Below, one piece after another: positions 9,085 to 18,346 of a stretch of 58,400 bases of DNA. This DNA is from Opitutaceae bacterium (GTDB lineage: Bacteria; Verrucomicrobiota; Verrucomicrobiia; Opitutales; Opitutaceae): NCBI GenBank assembly GCA_046091745.1, contig JBJTCH010000383.1, positions 1 to 58,400 of the forward strand, in the 5' to 3' direction. Position 1 is the first letter of the stretch. Each line of letters opens with the position of its first letter. The notes under the pieces were generated by a model. The model did no database searches. It was given only the letters and a program-made list of their open reading frames with translations, and was not told where the DNA came from. The position numbers were made by a program, and so were the translations under genes.

Positions 9085-10422
9085 TCAGTTGCGGGAGGAT
9101 GGCGCGAACTCGAAGGCGCCTGGGTCGGGAGCCGTGCCGCTGAATGAACGTCCGACGTCAACGCCGCGATCAATCAGGCGGCTGCCGGGAGCGAGCCGGA
9201 GAAAAGAAATCTCCGGCAGGCTGCCATCGGCGCGGCGCGGGCGCGTGAGCTCGGCCTCGTCTAGGCCGACGAAATCCGTCGCGACCGGCGGGGCGGCGAG
9301 TTGCCACGTGTTGCCGCGCACCACGCACGCCGCGGCATCGAGCTGCGTGACTTCGGTGCCGCCGGCGAAGCCGAGGTTGTTCAGCACCCGATGGCCGTAG
9401 CCGGGCACGTCGGTGCGGTTGTCGGGCTTCCGGGAGAGCAGGTTGAAATTGGCGCGATTCCGCGCGGCGCTGTTGTGAATGAAGTCGACGCCACCGATGT
9501 GGTGGTTGGCGTAAAAGCCGTTCGCCTTGTTGCGCACGGCGATCGAGCCGCGCACGACGTGGCGCGGGATCGGATCCGGCAGGCGTCCGACCGGGGTGCC
9601 GGCGTGGCCTCCCGCCTTGAAGCCGTTGCCGTCGGCCAGCGGTTCGAAGCTCGGGGAGAAACCGTTGTAGAAGGCCCAGCAATCCTCCGCGACCGCCGCC
9701 TCGCCCGAGTTGATGAAGTCGAAGCCATCGTCGCTGTTGAACCACGCGCGGCAGCCGCGGAAGACGTTGCCCACGCTGCCCCGCGGCCCATGGAAGCCGA
9801 AACCGTCGGTGTTTCCCCCGCGGCGGTTCTGGGAGACGTTGTCGTGGTTCCGGTACGCGTCGCAGTTCAGCACGAGGTTGTGCGAGCCGTTTCCGATCCA
9901 GAATCCGATCGCCATGCCGTCGTGCACGCTGAGCCGCTCGTAGAGGTTGTGGCTGCCTTGGTTGTCGAACCCGATGGACTGTGTGTGTCCGGTGATCGTT
10001 ACTTGGACGCCGACCACCTCGAAGCCCTCTAGCTGCAGCCACGAACCCGTGACACGGAACGCGTGCACGCGTCGGCCCCGCGGCCGCACGTCGGTGAAAT
10101 CAAAAACCGGCGTCTCGCCGGGCACCGCGCGATAGCGGATCGGCCGGCCGGGTTCCCCGCTCCGGTCGAGGAGCGTGACATACGCGAAGATGCGTTCCTC
10201 GCGCGCGATCCGATCCGCGGCCATGCGGTAGGTGCCGCCACGGACGAACACCGTGTCGCCCGGCGCGACTGCGCGTTGGGCGCGCTGGATGGTCGCGAAC
10301 GGCGCCGTGCGCGTGCCCGCGGCTTCGTCGCTTCCGTCCGGTGCGATGAAGAATTCAGCGGCCGGGATGCGGCACGCGCTGAGGAGCGTCGCGGTGACGA
10401 GCAGGGCTTGGAGTTTTCTCAC
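9085..10422 (-). CDS. polysaccharide lyase family 9-like right-handed beta-helix protein
   Basis: Signal peptide; GDTVFVRGGTY, NTDGFG, NSDDGFD and DGNGFKAGG (Ca-binding Asps and catalytic Lys of PL9). Confidence 0.82.
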   Translation of the reverse strand: MRKLQALLVTATLLSACRIPAAEFFIAPDGSDEAAGTRTAPFATIQRAQRAVAPGDTVFVRGGTYRMAADRIAREERIFAYVTLLDRSGEPGRPIRYRAVPGETPVFDFTDVRPRGRRVHAFRVTGSWLQLEGFEVVGVQVTITGHTQSIGFDNQGSHNLYERLSVHDGMAIGFWIGNGSHNLVLNCDAYRNHDNVSQNRRGGNTDGFGFHGPRGSVGNVFRGCRAWFNSDDGFDFINSGEAAVAEDCWAFYNGFSPSFEPLADGNGFKAGGHAGTPVGRLPDPIPRHVVRGSIAVRNKANGFYANHHIGGVDFIHNSAARNRANFNLLSRKPDNRTDVPGYGHRVLNNLGFAGGTEVTQLDAAACVVRGNTWQLAAPPVATDFVGLDEAELTRPRRADGSLPEISFLRLAPGSRLIDRGVDVGRSFSGTAPDPGAFEFAPSSRN

Positions 10423-10490
10423 GAGTGAAGGAACGGCGCGGGGGTTCGCGGACGGACGATGGTGGAGCCTTCGGATAGGCCGGCGTTAAC

Positions 10491-11591
10491 TCAACCCGGA
10501 GTGCCCTCCGCAAGAACGCGGCGCCGGAGTTGTCCGCAGGCGGCGTCGATGTCGGGACCACGGGAACGCCGGAAGTGAGCGACCACTCCGCGCGCGCGCA
10601 GGAGACCGGCGAAGGCTTCGGCCTCCGCGTCGTGCGCCGGCTCGTAGCTCTTTCCGCTCAAGCCGGCCCCGGTCGGGTTGTAGGTGAGCAGGTTCACATG
10701 CATGCGGCGCCCGGCGAGAAGGCCGGCCAGCAGCGCCGCTTGTGCGGGCGAGTCGTTCACTCCGCGCAGGAGACAGTATTGGATGATGACCGTGCGACCG
10801 CGCGCCGCCTGAAAGCGGTCCGCGGCGGCGAGAACCTCGGCGATGGGAAAACGTCTGCCCGCCGGAATCAGGGCGGCGCGCGTGGCGTCGTCGGGCGCGT
10901 GCAGCGAGACCGCGAGATGGACGTTGAGTCCGGTGGCGGTGAGCGCGTCGATGCCCGGCACGATACCGACGGTGGAGAGGGTGATCTGCCGCCAGCCGAG
11001 CCCGCCGATGCGGTTGTCGGCGATGCGCTCGACCGCGGCCAGGACCGCGTCGAGGTTCAGCATGGGCTCGCCCATCCCCATGAAGACGAGGGTGCGCAGG
11101 CGCCGGCCGGCGGCGGCGGCCTCGCGACGAAGGGCGATGAACTGTTCCGCCATTTCGCCCGAGGTGAGGTTGCGCTCGAAACCGGTGCGGGTGGTGGCGC
11201 AGAAATCACACCCCATCGCGCACCCGACCTGGGATGACACGCAGCCGGCGGCGCGCTCCGGATCAAAATCGGGCATGAGCACGCTTTCGACCGTGCGACC
11301 ATCGGCGAGCCGGAGCAGCAGCTTCACAGTGCCGTCGCCTGCCACGTGACGTCGCGCGAGGGTGGCGGCGACGTGGGGAAATTCGGCGCTGAGCCAGTCG
11401 TGCAGGGCGGCGGGAGGGCGGCGCGGCCCGCTCCCGGTCGACGGACTTTCGACCGCGCCGTAATGCGCGCGCAGCAGCGGAGCCGCGTGCGAGGGCTTGA
11501 AACCTTTCGCGGTGAACCGGCGCTCGAGTTCCGCGAGCGAAAGTTCGCTCAGCGACGAGACCGCGGCGGTGGCTGCGCGCGTCGAGCTCAG
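10491..11591 (-). CDS. RlmN/Cfr-family radical SAM RNA methyltransferase (RlmN-like); start uncertain
   Basis: CVSSQVGCAMGCDFC, FERNL, FMGMGEPM, SLHAPDD, DIDAACGQL. No ATG precedes the N-terminal domain; a CTG at 11591 is proposed, and the first GTG is at about 11347. Confidence 0.85.
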   Translation of the reverse strand: MSSTRAATAAVSSLSELSLAELERRFTAKGFKPSHAAPLLRAHYGAVESPSTGSGPRRPPAALHDWLSAEFPHVAATLARRHVAGDGTVKLLLRLADGRTVESVLMPDFDPERAAGCVSSQVGCAMGCDFCATTRTGFERNLTSGEMAEQFIALRREAAAAGRRLRTLVFMGMGEPMLNLDAVLAAVERIADNRIGGLGWRQITLSTVGIVPGIDALTATGLNVHLAVSLHAPDDATRAALIPAGRRFPIAEVLAAADRFQAARGRTVIIQYCLLRGVNDSPAQAALLAGLLAGRRMHVNLLTYNPTGAGLSGKSYEPAHDAEAEAFAGLLRARGVVAHFRRSRGPDIDAACGQLRRRVLAEGTPG

Positions 11592-13057
11592 ACGAAGTCG
11601 GGGATGGCGTACGGGGCGCGCTGCGTTTCCTTCAGCAGGAAGCGCGCGTGCTCGAGAGCGCCGGGCCGCGGTGTGCCCACGGAAGTGATACCGTCGCCAC
11701 TGGCGTCGAGATCGAGCCACGGTCCGAGTTGGAAAGGCCGGCGCGCGAGGTCGATCCCGTGGACGCCGAGGTGCGTCTGCAGCTCGCGGTGGATGCCTTG
11801 GGCGGCGGGGAAATTGCCGAGCGCGGCGTCGACCTGCGCGGGCGCGGCGGATTCGCCGACGCGGTACGAGATGTTTCCGTAGTGGCAGAGCGAGGCGGAG
11901 AGATGGCCCGTCTCGACGGGTGCGGCGAGATCCTGCTTCCGGCGCGAACGCATCGCGTTGAGGAAATTCCTCACATGCGTGCCGCCGCCGTCGCCCGGGA
12001 ATTTCCTGATGACCTTGTTGTCCTTGTCGAAAGCCGTCGCCCCGACGAGACCGGCGACGGTACCGCCCTCGCAGTAGGCGATGACGCCCGTGCGGAGTCC
12101 GCCGACCTGGTCCAGATAGGAGACGCCCGGTTTCGCGGGCAGCGCGCGGTGCTCGAAGATCAGCGGGATGCTCGGGTAATCGTAGACCGCGAGATGCGTG
12201 TTGGGCGTCTCGGCGACGTCGTCGATGCCGTAGCGGTTGCCGCAGCTCATGATGCGACGCGGCGCGACGTCGTGGCGCGCGATGCGGAGGGCGATGTCGA
12301 GCACGTGCACGCCGTTGTTGCCCAGCTCGCCGTTGCCGGTCTCCCAGTTCCAGTGCCAGTCGTAATGCATGCGGTTGCGCTCGAGCGGGCGCACCGGCGC
12401 CGGGCCGCAGAAATAGTCGTAGTTGACGTCGGTCGGGTACCACGGGAGCCGGCGCCCGATCGACAGGCGCAGGTTGTAGACGATGGCGCGGATGTGGTGG
12501 ATCTTCCCGAGTTCGCCGGCGTGGAGGTACTTGATCGCGTCGGCGAGACCGGTTTCGGAACGGTAGTGGGTGCCGACCTGGACGATGCGGCCGTACTTGT
12601 TCGCGGCCTCGATCATCTTTCGCCCTTCCCACACGGTGCGCGACATCGGCTTCTCGACGTAGACGTCCTTGCCGGCCTGGCAGGCCCAGATGGTGAGCAG
12701 CGCGTGCCAGTGGTTGCAGGCGACGACCATCACGGCGTCGATGTCCTGGCGCGCGATGAGCTCGCGGGCGTCGGTGGTGAGAAAAGGTTTCCCCTTCGCC
12801 TCGGGGATCGACTTCGCGATGCGCGCGAGAACGGCGGAATCGAGGTCGCAGAGCCCGGCGACGCGCACGTCGGGCATCTGCAGGAGGGTCTTGAGGTGCT
12901 GGGATCCCTTGTTGAGACCGATGATGCCGATGCGGATCGCGTCGTTGGCGCCGGTGGCGGCGGCGTGGGCGGGGGCCACGGCGCGCGCGGCGAGGGTGGC
13001 GCCGGCGGCGAGCGAGGTGGTGCGGAGGAACGAACGGCGGCTGAGGTCGGCTTTCAT
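11588..13057 (-). CDS. Tat-exported Gfo/Idh/MocA family oxidoreductase
   Basis: SRRSFL twin-Arg signal, GANDAIRIGIIG, NHWHA, GKDVYVEKP, GNNGVHVLD. Confidence 0.92.
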   Translation of the reverse strand: MKADLSRRSFLRTTSLAAGATLAARAVAPAHAAATGANDAIRIGIIGLNKGSQHLKTLLQMPDVRVAGLCDLDSAVLARIAKSIPEAKGKPFLTTDARELIARQDIDAVMVVACNHWHALLTIWACQAGKDVYVEKPMSRTVWEGRKMIEAANKYGRIVQVGTHYRSETGLADAIKYLHAGELGKIHHIRAIVYNLRLSIGRRLPWYPTDVNYDYFCGPAPVRPLERNRMHYDWHWNWETGNGELGNNGVHVLDIALRIARHDVAPRRIMSCGNRYGIDDVAETPNTHLAVYDYPSIPLIFEHRALPAKPGVSYLDQVGGLRTGVIAYCEGGTVAGLVGATAFDKDNKVIRKFPGDGGGTHVRNFLNAMRSRRKQDLAAPVETGHLSASLCHYGNISYRVGESAAPAQVDAALGNFPAAQGIHRELQTHLGVHGIDLARRPFQLGPWLDLDASGDGITSVGTPRPGALEHARFLLKETQRAPYAIPDFV

Positions 13058-13097
13058 GGGGCGGGCGGCGTGGAGCCGGCAGGAATCAACGCCCGCG

Positions 13098-13129
13098 TCA
13101 CGGGACCGACAAGCTTTTCGGTCCCGTGA
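13098..13129. promoter_or_regulatory. 32-bp near-perfect palindrome overlapping a candidate promoter of the Gfo/Idh/MocA gene
   Basis: TCACGGGACCGA-C-AAGCTT-T-TCGGTCCCGTGA. The minus strand carries TTGTCG-N17-TTGATT starting within it. A T-tract follows on the plus strand. Confidence 0.5.
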
Positions 13130-13289
13130 TTTTTCGATCGGGAAGAGCGAGGCTTGGGACACGGAGCACGCCATGATCCGACGCGTGGAGGGAACGAAAA
13201 CCGCGGATCGTTCCGCGGGATCCACGACGTTTGGCGCGGCCTGATGAAAACCGGGTGATGGCCGCGAGGAGGCGCAAACGAGCAAGCTG

Positions 13290-13765
13290 GGTAAACCACG
13301 GATAGACATCGATGGACACGGATGAGGAAGGCGTCGCTTGCTGTAGCCGCGGCTGGTAGCCGCGGACGATGATGTAGGACAGGCGGCCGACCTGTCCTCC
13401 GGCCCGTCCTCCGTAGCCTTGGCGGAGGAGGAAGGTCGTTCCGATGGCAGCGGATTTGAACCACAGATTTCTCAGATGGCGCAGATAGAGACCGAAGCGC
13501 GTTCGGCGCTTCCGAACGACCGGAGCGAACGGGCGGAGTGGAACAGGAAGAACGGGAAGATCGCTCGGGCCGGCGGCGCGGGATCCGTGGTATCTGAGTT
13601 ATCCGTGGTGGAACCGGGAAAGCGCGAGGGATTGCGGGGGATTGGTCGGAAGGAATCTCCGACCATCCGAGGTGACCGCCCTTCGCTTGGCCTACGGCGG
13701 GCACGTACCCTCGGAGAAGTACGCTTACCCCCAAGGCCGAATTTAGTTCCGAATCACTCCGGCCT
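13290..13765. repeat. intergenic repeat mosaic A (CACGGAT-type 9-nt periodic arms, GTAG-REP-like hairpins, modules shared with 47.6-48.6 kb)
   Basis: AACCACGGATAGACATCGATGGACACGGAT; GTAGCCGCGGCTGGTAGCCGCGG; GTAGGACAGG..CCTGTCC. 13459-13565 resembles the reverse complement of 48277-48388, and 13616-13760 resembles 47924-48039. Confidence 0.8.
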
Positions 13766-13772
13766 CCCGCCC

Positions 13773-16700
13773 TCAGCCCGTCTTCGGCGTCTCGGCGTAG
13801 GCTTCCATGCCGATGCAGGAGCAGACGAGGTTGCGGTCGCCGTGGACGTTGTCGACGCGACCGACGCTCGGCCAGAACTTGCCGGCGCGCGTATAGCGGT
13901 CGGGGAACGCGGCCTGCTCGCGTGGGTACGGGCGGTCCCAGGTGTCGGCGCAAACGACCTTCGCGGTGTGGGGCGCGTGCTTGAGCGGATTGTTGGCGCG
14001 GTCGCTTGCGCCTTCGGCGACGGCCTGCATCTCGGCGTGGATCGAGATCATCGCGTCGCAGAAACGGTCGAGCTCGGCCTTGGACTCGCTCTCGGTGGGC
14101 TCGATCATGAGCGTGCCCGGGACCGGGAACGACATGGTGGGCGCGTGGTAGCCGTAGTCCATCAGGCGCTTGGCGGCATCCTCGACCTCGAGCCCGTGTT
14201 TCTTCCAGCCGCGCAGGTCGATGATGCACTCGTGGGCGATGAGCCCGCTCTCGCCGCGATAGAGCACGGGGAAGCGGCCCTCGAGGCGCTTCGCGACGTA
14301 GTTGGCGTGGAGGATCGCGCGTCGGGTGGCCTCGGCGAGCTGGGCCGGCCCCATCATGCGGATGTACATCCAGGAGATGACGAGAATCGACGCGGAGCCG
14401 TAGGGCGCGGCTGACACCGCGCCGATCCGCGGGCCACCGGCCGTCGCCGTGGCGCCGCCGGGGGCGACGGGATGACCGGGGAGGAAAGGGGCGAGGTGCG
14501 CGGCGACACCGATGGGTCCCATGCCGGGACCGCCGCCGCCGTGCGGGATGCAGAACGTCTTGTGGAGATTGAGGTGGCAGACGTCGGCGCCGATATGGCC
14601 GGGCGAGGTGAGGCCCACCTGCGCGTTCATGTTGGCTCCGTCCATGTACACCTGTCCGCCGTGCGCATGGATCAGCTCGCACACCTCGCGGATCGACGTC
14701 TCGAACACGCCGTGCGTCGAGGGGTAGGTGACCATGAGCGCGGCGAGATCGCGCGCGTGCGCGGTGGTCTTGGCGCGGAGGTCGGCGAGATCGATGTTGC
14801 CCAGCGCGTCGCAGGCGACGGGCACCACGCGGTAGCCGCACATCGCGGCGCTGGCGGGGTTGGTACCGTGCGCGCTCGTCGGGATGAGGCAGATGTTCCG
14901 GTGCCCTTCGCCGCGCGCCTCGTGGTAGGCGCGGATCACGAGCAGGCCGGCGTATTCACCCTGCGAACCGGCGTTGGGCTGAAGGGACACGGCGGCGAAA
15001 CCGGTGCATTCCGCCAGCCACGTCTCGAGATTTTGAAAGAGCTGCTGGTAGCCGCGCGTCTGTTCCGCCGGTGCGAACGGATGAAGCCGGCCGAACTCGG
15101 GCCACGTGACGGGAAACATCTCGCTCGTGGCGTTGAGCTTCATGGTGCACGAGCCGAGCGAGATCATCGAGTGGCACAGCGAAAGGTCCTTCGCCTCCAG
15201 CCGGCGGATGTAGCGCAGCATCTCGTGCTCGGTGTGATGGCGGTGGAACGTCGGGTGAGCGAGAAACGCCGACACGCGCGCGTGGGGCGCGGGGTAGGGA
15301 GTCTCCACCGGCGCGGTCGCGGCGGGATCAGCCGCCTTCGCACCGAAGCAGACGAGCAGCGCGTTCACTTCCTCGAGCGTGGTGGTCTCGTCGAGGCTCA
15401 CGCCGATCGTGCGCGCATCGACCGGCCGCAGGTTGAAGCGGCGCTCCGCTGCCGCCGCGTGGACGCGGGCCGCGTCGACTCCGGAAACCGTGAGGGTGTC
15501 GAACACCGGCTCGGCATTCGCCTTGGCCCCGGCGGCGCGGAGGCCGTCGGCCAGCAACCGCGTCAGGCCATGCACGCGGCCGGCGATTCGCCGCAGGCCG
15601 TCGGGTCCGTGGTAGACCGCGTACATCGACGCGATCACGGCGAGCAGCACCTGCGCGGTGCAGATGTTGGACGTGGCCTTCTCACGTCGGATGTGCTGCT
15701 CGCGGGTGCCGAGCGCCAACCGGAGCGCGGTGTCGCCCTGCGCGTCACGGGAAACGCCCACGAGTCTTCCGGGCATCTGGCGCTTGTACGCGTCGCGCGT
15801 CGCGAGGAAGCCGGCGTGCGGTCCGCCGAAACCCATCGGCACGCCAAAGCGTTGCGCGGAACCGACGGCGACGTCGGCGCCGAACTCGCCCGGCGGGCGC
15901 AGCAGGGTGAGTGCGAGCGGATCCGTCGCGACGAAGCCGGCGTGCGCGCCGCCGAAACCCATCGGCACGCCAAAGCGCTGCGCGGAACCGACGGCGACGT
16001 CGGCGCCGAACTCGCCCGGCGGACGCAGCAGGGTGAGTGCGAGCGGATCCGTCGCGACGATCGTGAACGCGCCCGCGGCATGAGCGGCGGCGAAAAACGT
16101 GGCGAAATCGTGGACCGATCCGGTCGTGTCGGGATACTGCACCAGCACACCGAAACAGTCCGGGCCGGGTTGGAAGGAGCGGTGGTCGCCCGTGATGATC
16201 TCGATACCCAGCGGGCGGGCGCGGGTGCGGACGATGTCGATCGTCTGCGGGTGGCACTTCTCCGAGACGAAGAAAACGCGGTGCTCCGCGGCGGCGCCCT
16301 CCTTGAGCCGGTGGCACATCATCATCGCCTCGGCGGCGGCGGTGCCCTCGTCGAGCATCGAGGCGTTGGCGATCTCCAGTCCCGTGAGGTCGCACACCAT
16401 TGTCTGGAAATTCAGCAGCGCCTCGAGACGGCCCTGCGAGATCTCGGCCTGGTACGGGGTGTACGCGGTGTACCAGCCGGGGTTCTCGAGGATGTTGCGC
16501 TGGATGACGCCGGGGGTCGCGGTGTCGTGGTAGCCCAGTCCGATGAAGCTGCGATGCACGCGGTTTTCCGCGGCGATGGCCCGCAACTCGGCGAGCGCGG
16601 AGGTCTCGCCCGCGGCGGCGGGGAGCTGGAGCGGGCCGCGGCGGATGGCGGCCGGCACGGCCGCGTCGGCCAGCGCCTCGAGGGACGGGTAGCCGAGGGT

Positions 16701-16793
16701 CGCGAGCATCGCGGCGGTCTCGTTGGCGTCATCCCCGTGGTGGCGGCGGGCAAAGGAGTCGGCGGGGGCGAACGCGTCGCGGAGCGTGGGCAT
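13773..16793 (-). CDS. gcvP: glycine dehydrogenase (decarboxylating), glycine cleavage P protein
   Basis: [65 protein letters not shown] (PLP Lys), GDRNLVCSC. Start at MPTLRDAF. Confidence 0.97.
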   Translation of the reverse strand: MPTLRDAFAPADSFARRHHGDDANETAAMLATLGYPSLEALADAAVPAAIRRGPLQLPAAAGETSALAELRAIAAENRVHRSFIGLGYHDTATPGVIQRNILENPGWYTAYTPYQAEISQGRLEALLNFQTMVCDLTGLEIANASMLDEGTAAAEAMMMCHRLKEGAAAEHRVFFVSEKCHPQTIDIVRTRARPLGIEIITGDHRSFQPGPDCFGVLVQYPDTTGSVHDFATFFAAAHAAGAFTIVATDPLALTLLRPPGEFGADVAVGSAQRFGVPMGFGGAHAGFVATDPLALTLLRPPGEFGADVAVGSAQRFGVPMGFGGPHAGFLATRDAYKRQMPGRLVGVSRDAQGDTALRLALGTREQHIRREKATSNICTAQVLLAVIASMYAVYHGPDGLRRIAGRVHGLTRLLADGLRAAGAKANAEPVFDTLTVSGVDAARVHAAAAERRFNLRPVDARTIGVSLDETTTLEEVNALLVCFGAKAADPAATAPVETPYPAPHARVSAFLAHPTFHRHHTEHEMLRYIRRLEAKDLSLCHSMISLGSCTMKLNATSEMFPVTWPEFGRLHPFAPAEQTRGYQQLFQNLETWLAECTGFAAVSLQPNAGSQGEYAGLLVIRAYHEARGEGHRNICLIPTSAHGTNPASAAMCGYRVVPVACDALGNIDLADLRAKTTAHARDLAALMVTYPSTHGVFETSIREVCELIHAHGGQVYMDGANMNAQVGLTSPGHIGADVCHLNLHKTFCIPHGGGGPGMGPIGVAAHLAPFLPGHPVAPGGATATAGGPRIGAVSAAPYGSASILVISWMYIRMMGPAQLAEATRRAILHANYVAKRLEGRFPVLYRGESGLIAHECIIDLRGWKKHGLEVEDAAKRLMDYGYHAPTMSFPVPGTLMIEPTESESKAELDRFCDAMISIHAEMQAVAEGASDRANNPLKHAPHTAKVVCADTWDRPYPREQAAFPDRYTRAGKFWPSVGRVDNVHGDRNLVCSCIGMEAYAETPKTG
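15807..16058. repeat. in-frame 126-bp tandem duplication inside gcvP (2 copies, 4 mismatches)
   Basis: Copies start at 15807 and 15933. The protein shows [37 protein letters not shown](A/P)HAGF twice. Confidence 0.95.
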
Positions 16794-16899
16794 GTTGGCG
16801 GGACCGTATGTCGGCCCAACCTGCCCGCAACCGCGTTCTCCCAGCGCCGCCGGGGATTTAAGGATTTGTTTCATCCCGCGAAGCGCGTCTGTTTGCGCC

Positions 16900-17550
16900 A
16901 TGACCCGCGCCGAACGCGCCGCTTACGTCGACCGCCGTCTCGCGGAACTCTACCCGGAGACGCCGGTGCCGCTGGATCACAAGGACGCGTTCACGCTGCT
17001 CATCGCGGTGCTGCTCTCGGCGCAGTGCACGGACAAGCGCGTGAACCTGGTGACGCCGGAGCTGTTCGCGGTCGCCGACCATCCGCACGCGATGGCGCGC
17101 GTGCCCGTGGAGGAGATCCGGCGGATCATCCGGCCGTGCGGTCTTTCACCGCAGAAGGCGCGCGCGATCGCCGGTCTCTCACGGCTGCTGCTGGAACGGC
17201 ACGGCGGCCAGGTGCCCCGGACCTTCGAGGAACTGGAGGCGTTACCCGGCGTGGGCCACAAAACCGCCAGTGTGGTGATGGCGCAGGCCTTCGGCGTGCC
17301 GGCCTTCCCGGTCGACACCCACATCCACCGGCTCGCGCGGCGTTGGAAGCTGAGCTCCGGCCGCAGCGTTGAGCAGACGGAGCGCGACCTGAAGGTGCTT
17401 TTCCCGCGCGAGCATTGGAACCAGCTGCACCTGCGGATCATCTTCTACGGTCGCGAGCACTGCACGGCGCGCGGATGCGATGGCACCAGGTGCGAGATCT
17501 GCCGCACCGTCGCCGGACGTCGGCGCGCGGAACGCGTGAAGAGAAAGTAG
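16900..17550 (+). CDS. nth: endonuclease III
   Basis: [17 protein letters not shown], Hh[19 protein letters not shown] and a C-terminal Cys cluster. Start at MTRAERAA. Confidence 0.93.
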   Translation: MTRAERAAYVDRRLAELYPETPVPLDHKDAFTLLIAVLLSAQCTDKRVNLVTPELFAVADHPHAMARVPVEEIRRIIRPCGLSPQKARAIAGLSRLLLERHGGQVPRTFEELEALPGVGHKTASVVMAQAFGVPAFPVDTHIHRLARRWKLSSGRSVEQTERDLKVLFPREHWNQLHLRIIFYGREHCTARGCDGTRCEICRTVAGRRRAERVKRK

Positions 17551-17581
17551 GCGCGCCCTCCGCTCGAGGATGTGGTCCGGC

Positions 17582-18019
17582 TCAGGAAGGCCGGCGCGTC
17601 GTGAGCGCGAGGAGCCGGAGTGCGTCTTCGACCCGCAGGATGGGCACCCCGCGAAACTCCCCGAGAACGAGGAGGTCGTTGTCTCCGGTGACGAGGGCGT
17701 CTGCCTCGGCACCCACTACGGCCGCGAGGACGATGAGGTCGCCGGGGTCCCGCAGTTCGGCGGGTGGGCTGATCACCGCCGGCTCCACGCGGCGGCTGAC
17801 CCGCTGAAATCTCGTCACGATGTCCTCCGCGACCAGGCCTTGCGCCGAAAAACGCCGGGCGAATTCCGGTCGCCGCAGCGTTTCCCCGAGCTCGCGCAGC
17901 AATCCCGGCGAAAGACAAAGCGTACCCGGAGCGGCAATCAGGGCGTCGACCAATCTGGCCGGCAAACCGTGCCAGAGTGACCCCGACACCAGAAGATTGG
18001 TGTCAACGACCAGCTTCAC
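17582..18019 (-). CDS. PIN-domain putative toxin
   Basis: KLVVDTNLLVS, RDPGD and LVTGDNDLL PIN acidic motifs. Overlaps the upstream small ORF. Confidence 0.88.
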   Translation of the reverse strand: MKLVVDTNLLVSGSLWHGLPARLVDALIAAPGTLCLSPGLLRELGETLRRPEFARRFSAQGLVAEDIVTRFQRVSRRVEPAVISPPAELRDPGDLIVLAAVVGAEADALVTGDNDLLVLGEFRGVPILRVEDALRLLALTTRRPS

Positions 18020-18257
18020 GGCGCGAGCGGGTGGAGCCGCGCACCGCTTTCACTTCCACCTGAATTTCCCGGAGCGTCATGGCTTCCCCGGGTTGCGACC
18101 GGATCCGGTCGAGAGCGGAACGTAATTCGCGGCCGGCGTTTTCCCGCTCGATGGCCTCTTGCAGGAGAGAGGCAAAACGACGGGGCTCGAGCAAACCGGC
18201 GTCCTTCGCCTTCCGGGCGAGCGCGTCAGGTAGATCGATTTGCACGGAGACGCTCAT
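18003..18257 (-). CDS. putative antitoxin (84 aa)
   Basis: MSVSVQIDLPDALARKAKDAGLL (RHH-like) and MTLREIQVEVKAVR. Overlaps the PIN gene start by 17 nt. Confidence 0.75.
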   Translation of the reverse strand: MSVSVQIDLPDALARKAKDAGLLEPRRFASLLQEAIERENAGRELRSALDRIRSQPGEAMTLREIQVEVKAVRGSTRSRREAGR

Positions 18258-18346
18258 TTTTCCGGAAATTCTTGGGCCGGACCAGAGGTGGTCGGTCGAT
18301 GGAAACCGGTCACAACCACGTTGCGTAGTCAAACGCGCGCGCCGGC

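Noticed and set aside
10491-11591. Cfr antibiotic-resistance methyltransferase
   Set aside because: MGMGEP and SSQVGC motifs are RlmN-like and there is no mobile context; not supportable without a phylogeny.
10491-12632. 713-aa ORF as a fusion or frameshift product with the oxidoreductase
   Set aside because: Its N-terminal half is an off-frame reading of the intact oxidoreductase gene; only the last ~366 codons are RlmN-like.
13241-13280. Hammerhead ribozyme core CTGATGA
   Set aside because: No stem II followed by GAAA and no closing helices could be built.
13290-13765. CRISPR array in the periodic intergenic repeats (also 19.5 kb and 47.6-48.6 kb)
   Set aside because: Units have a 9-nt period, are degenerate and inverted; there is no constant repeat with unique spacers and no cas gene.
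16794-16899. Glycine riboswitch upstream of gcvP
   Set aside because: Only about 105 nt shared with divergent nth, and no GGAGA/CCGAAG/CTCTCAGG aptamer core.
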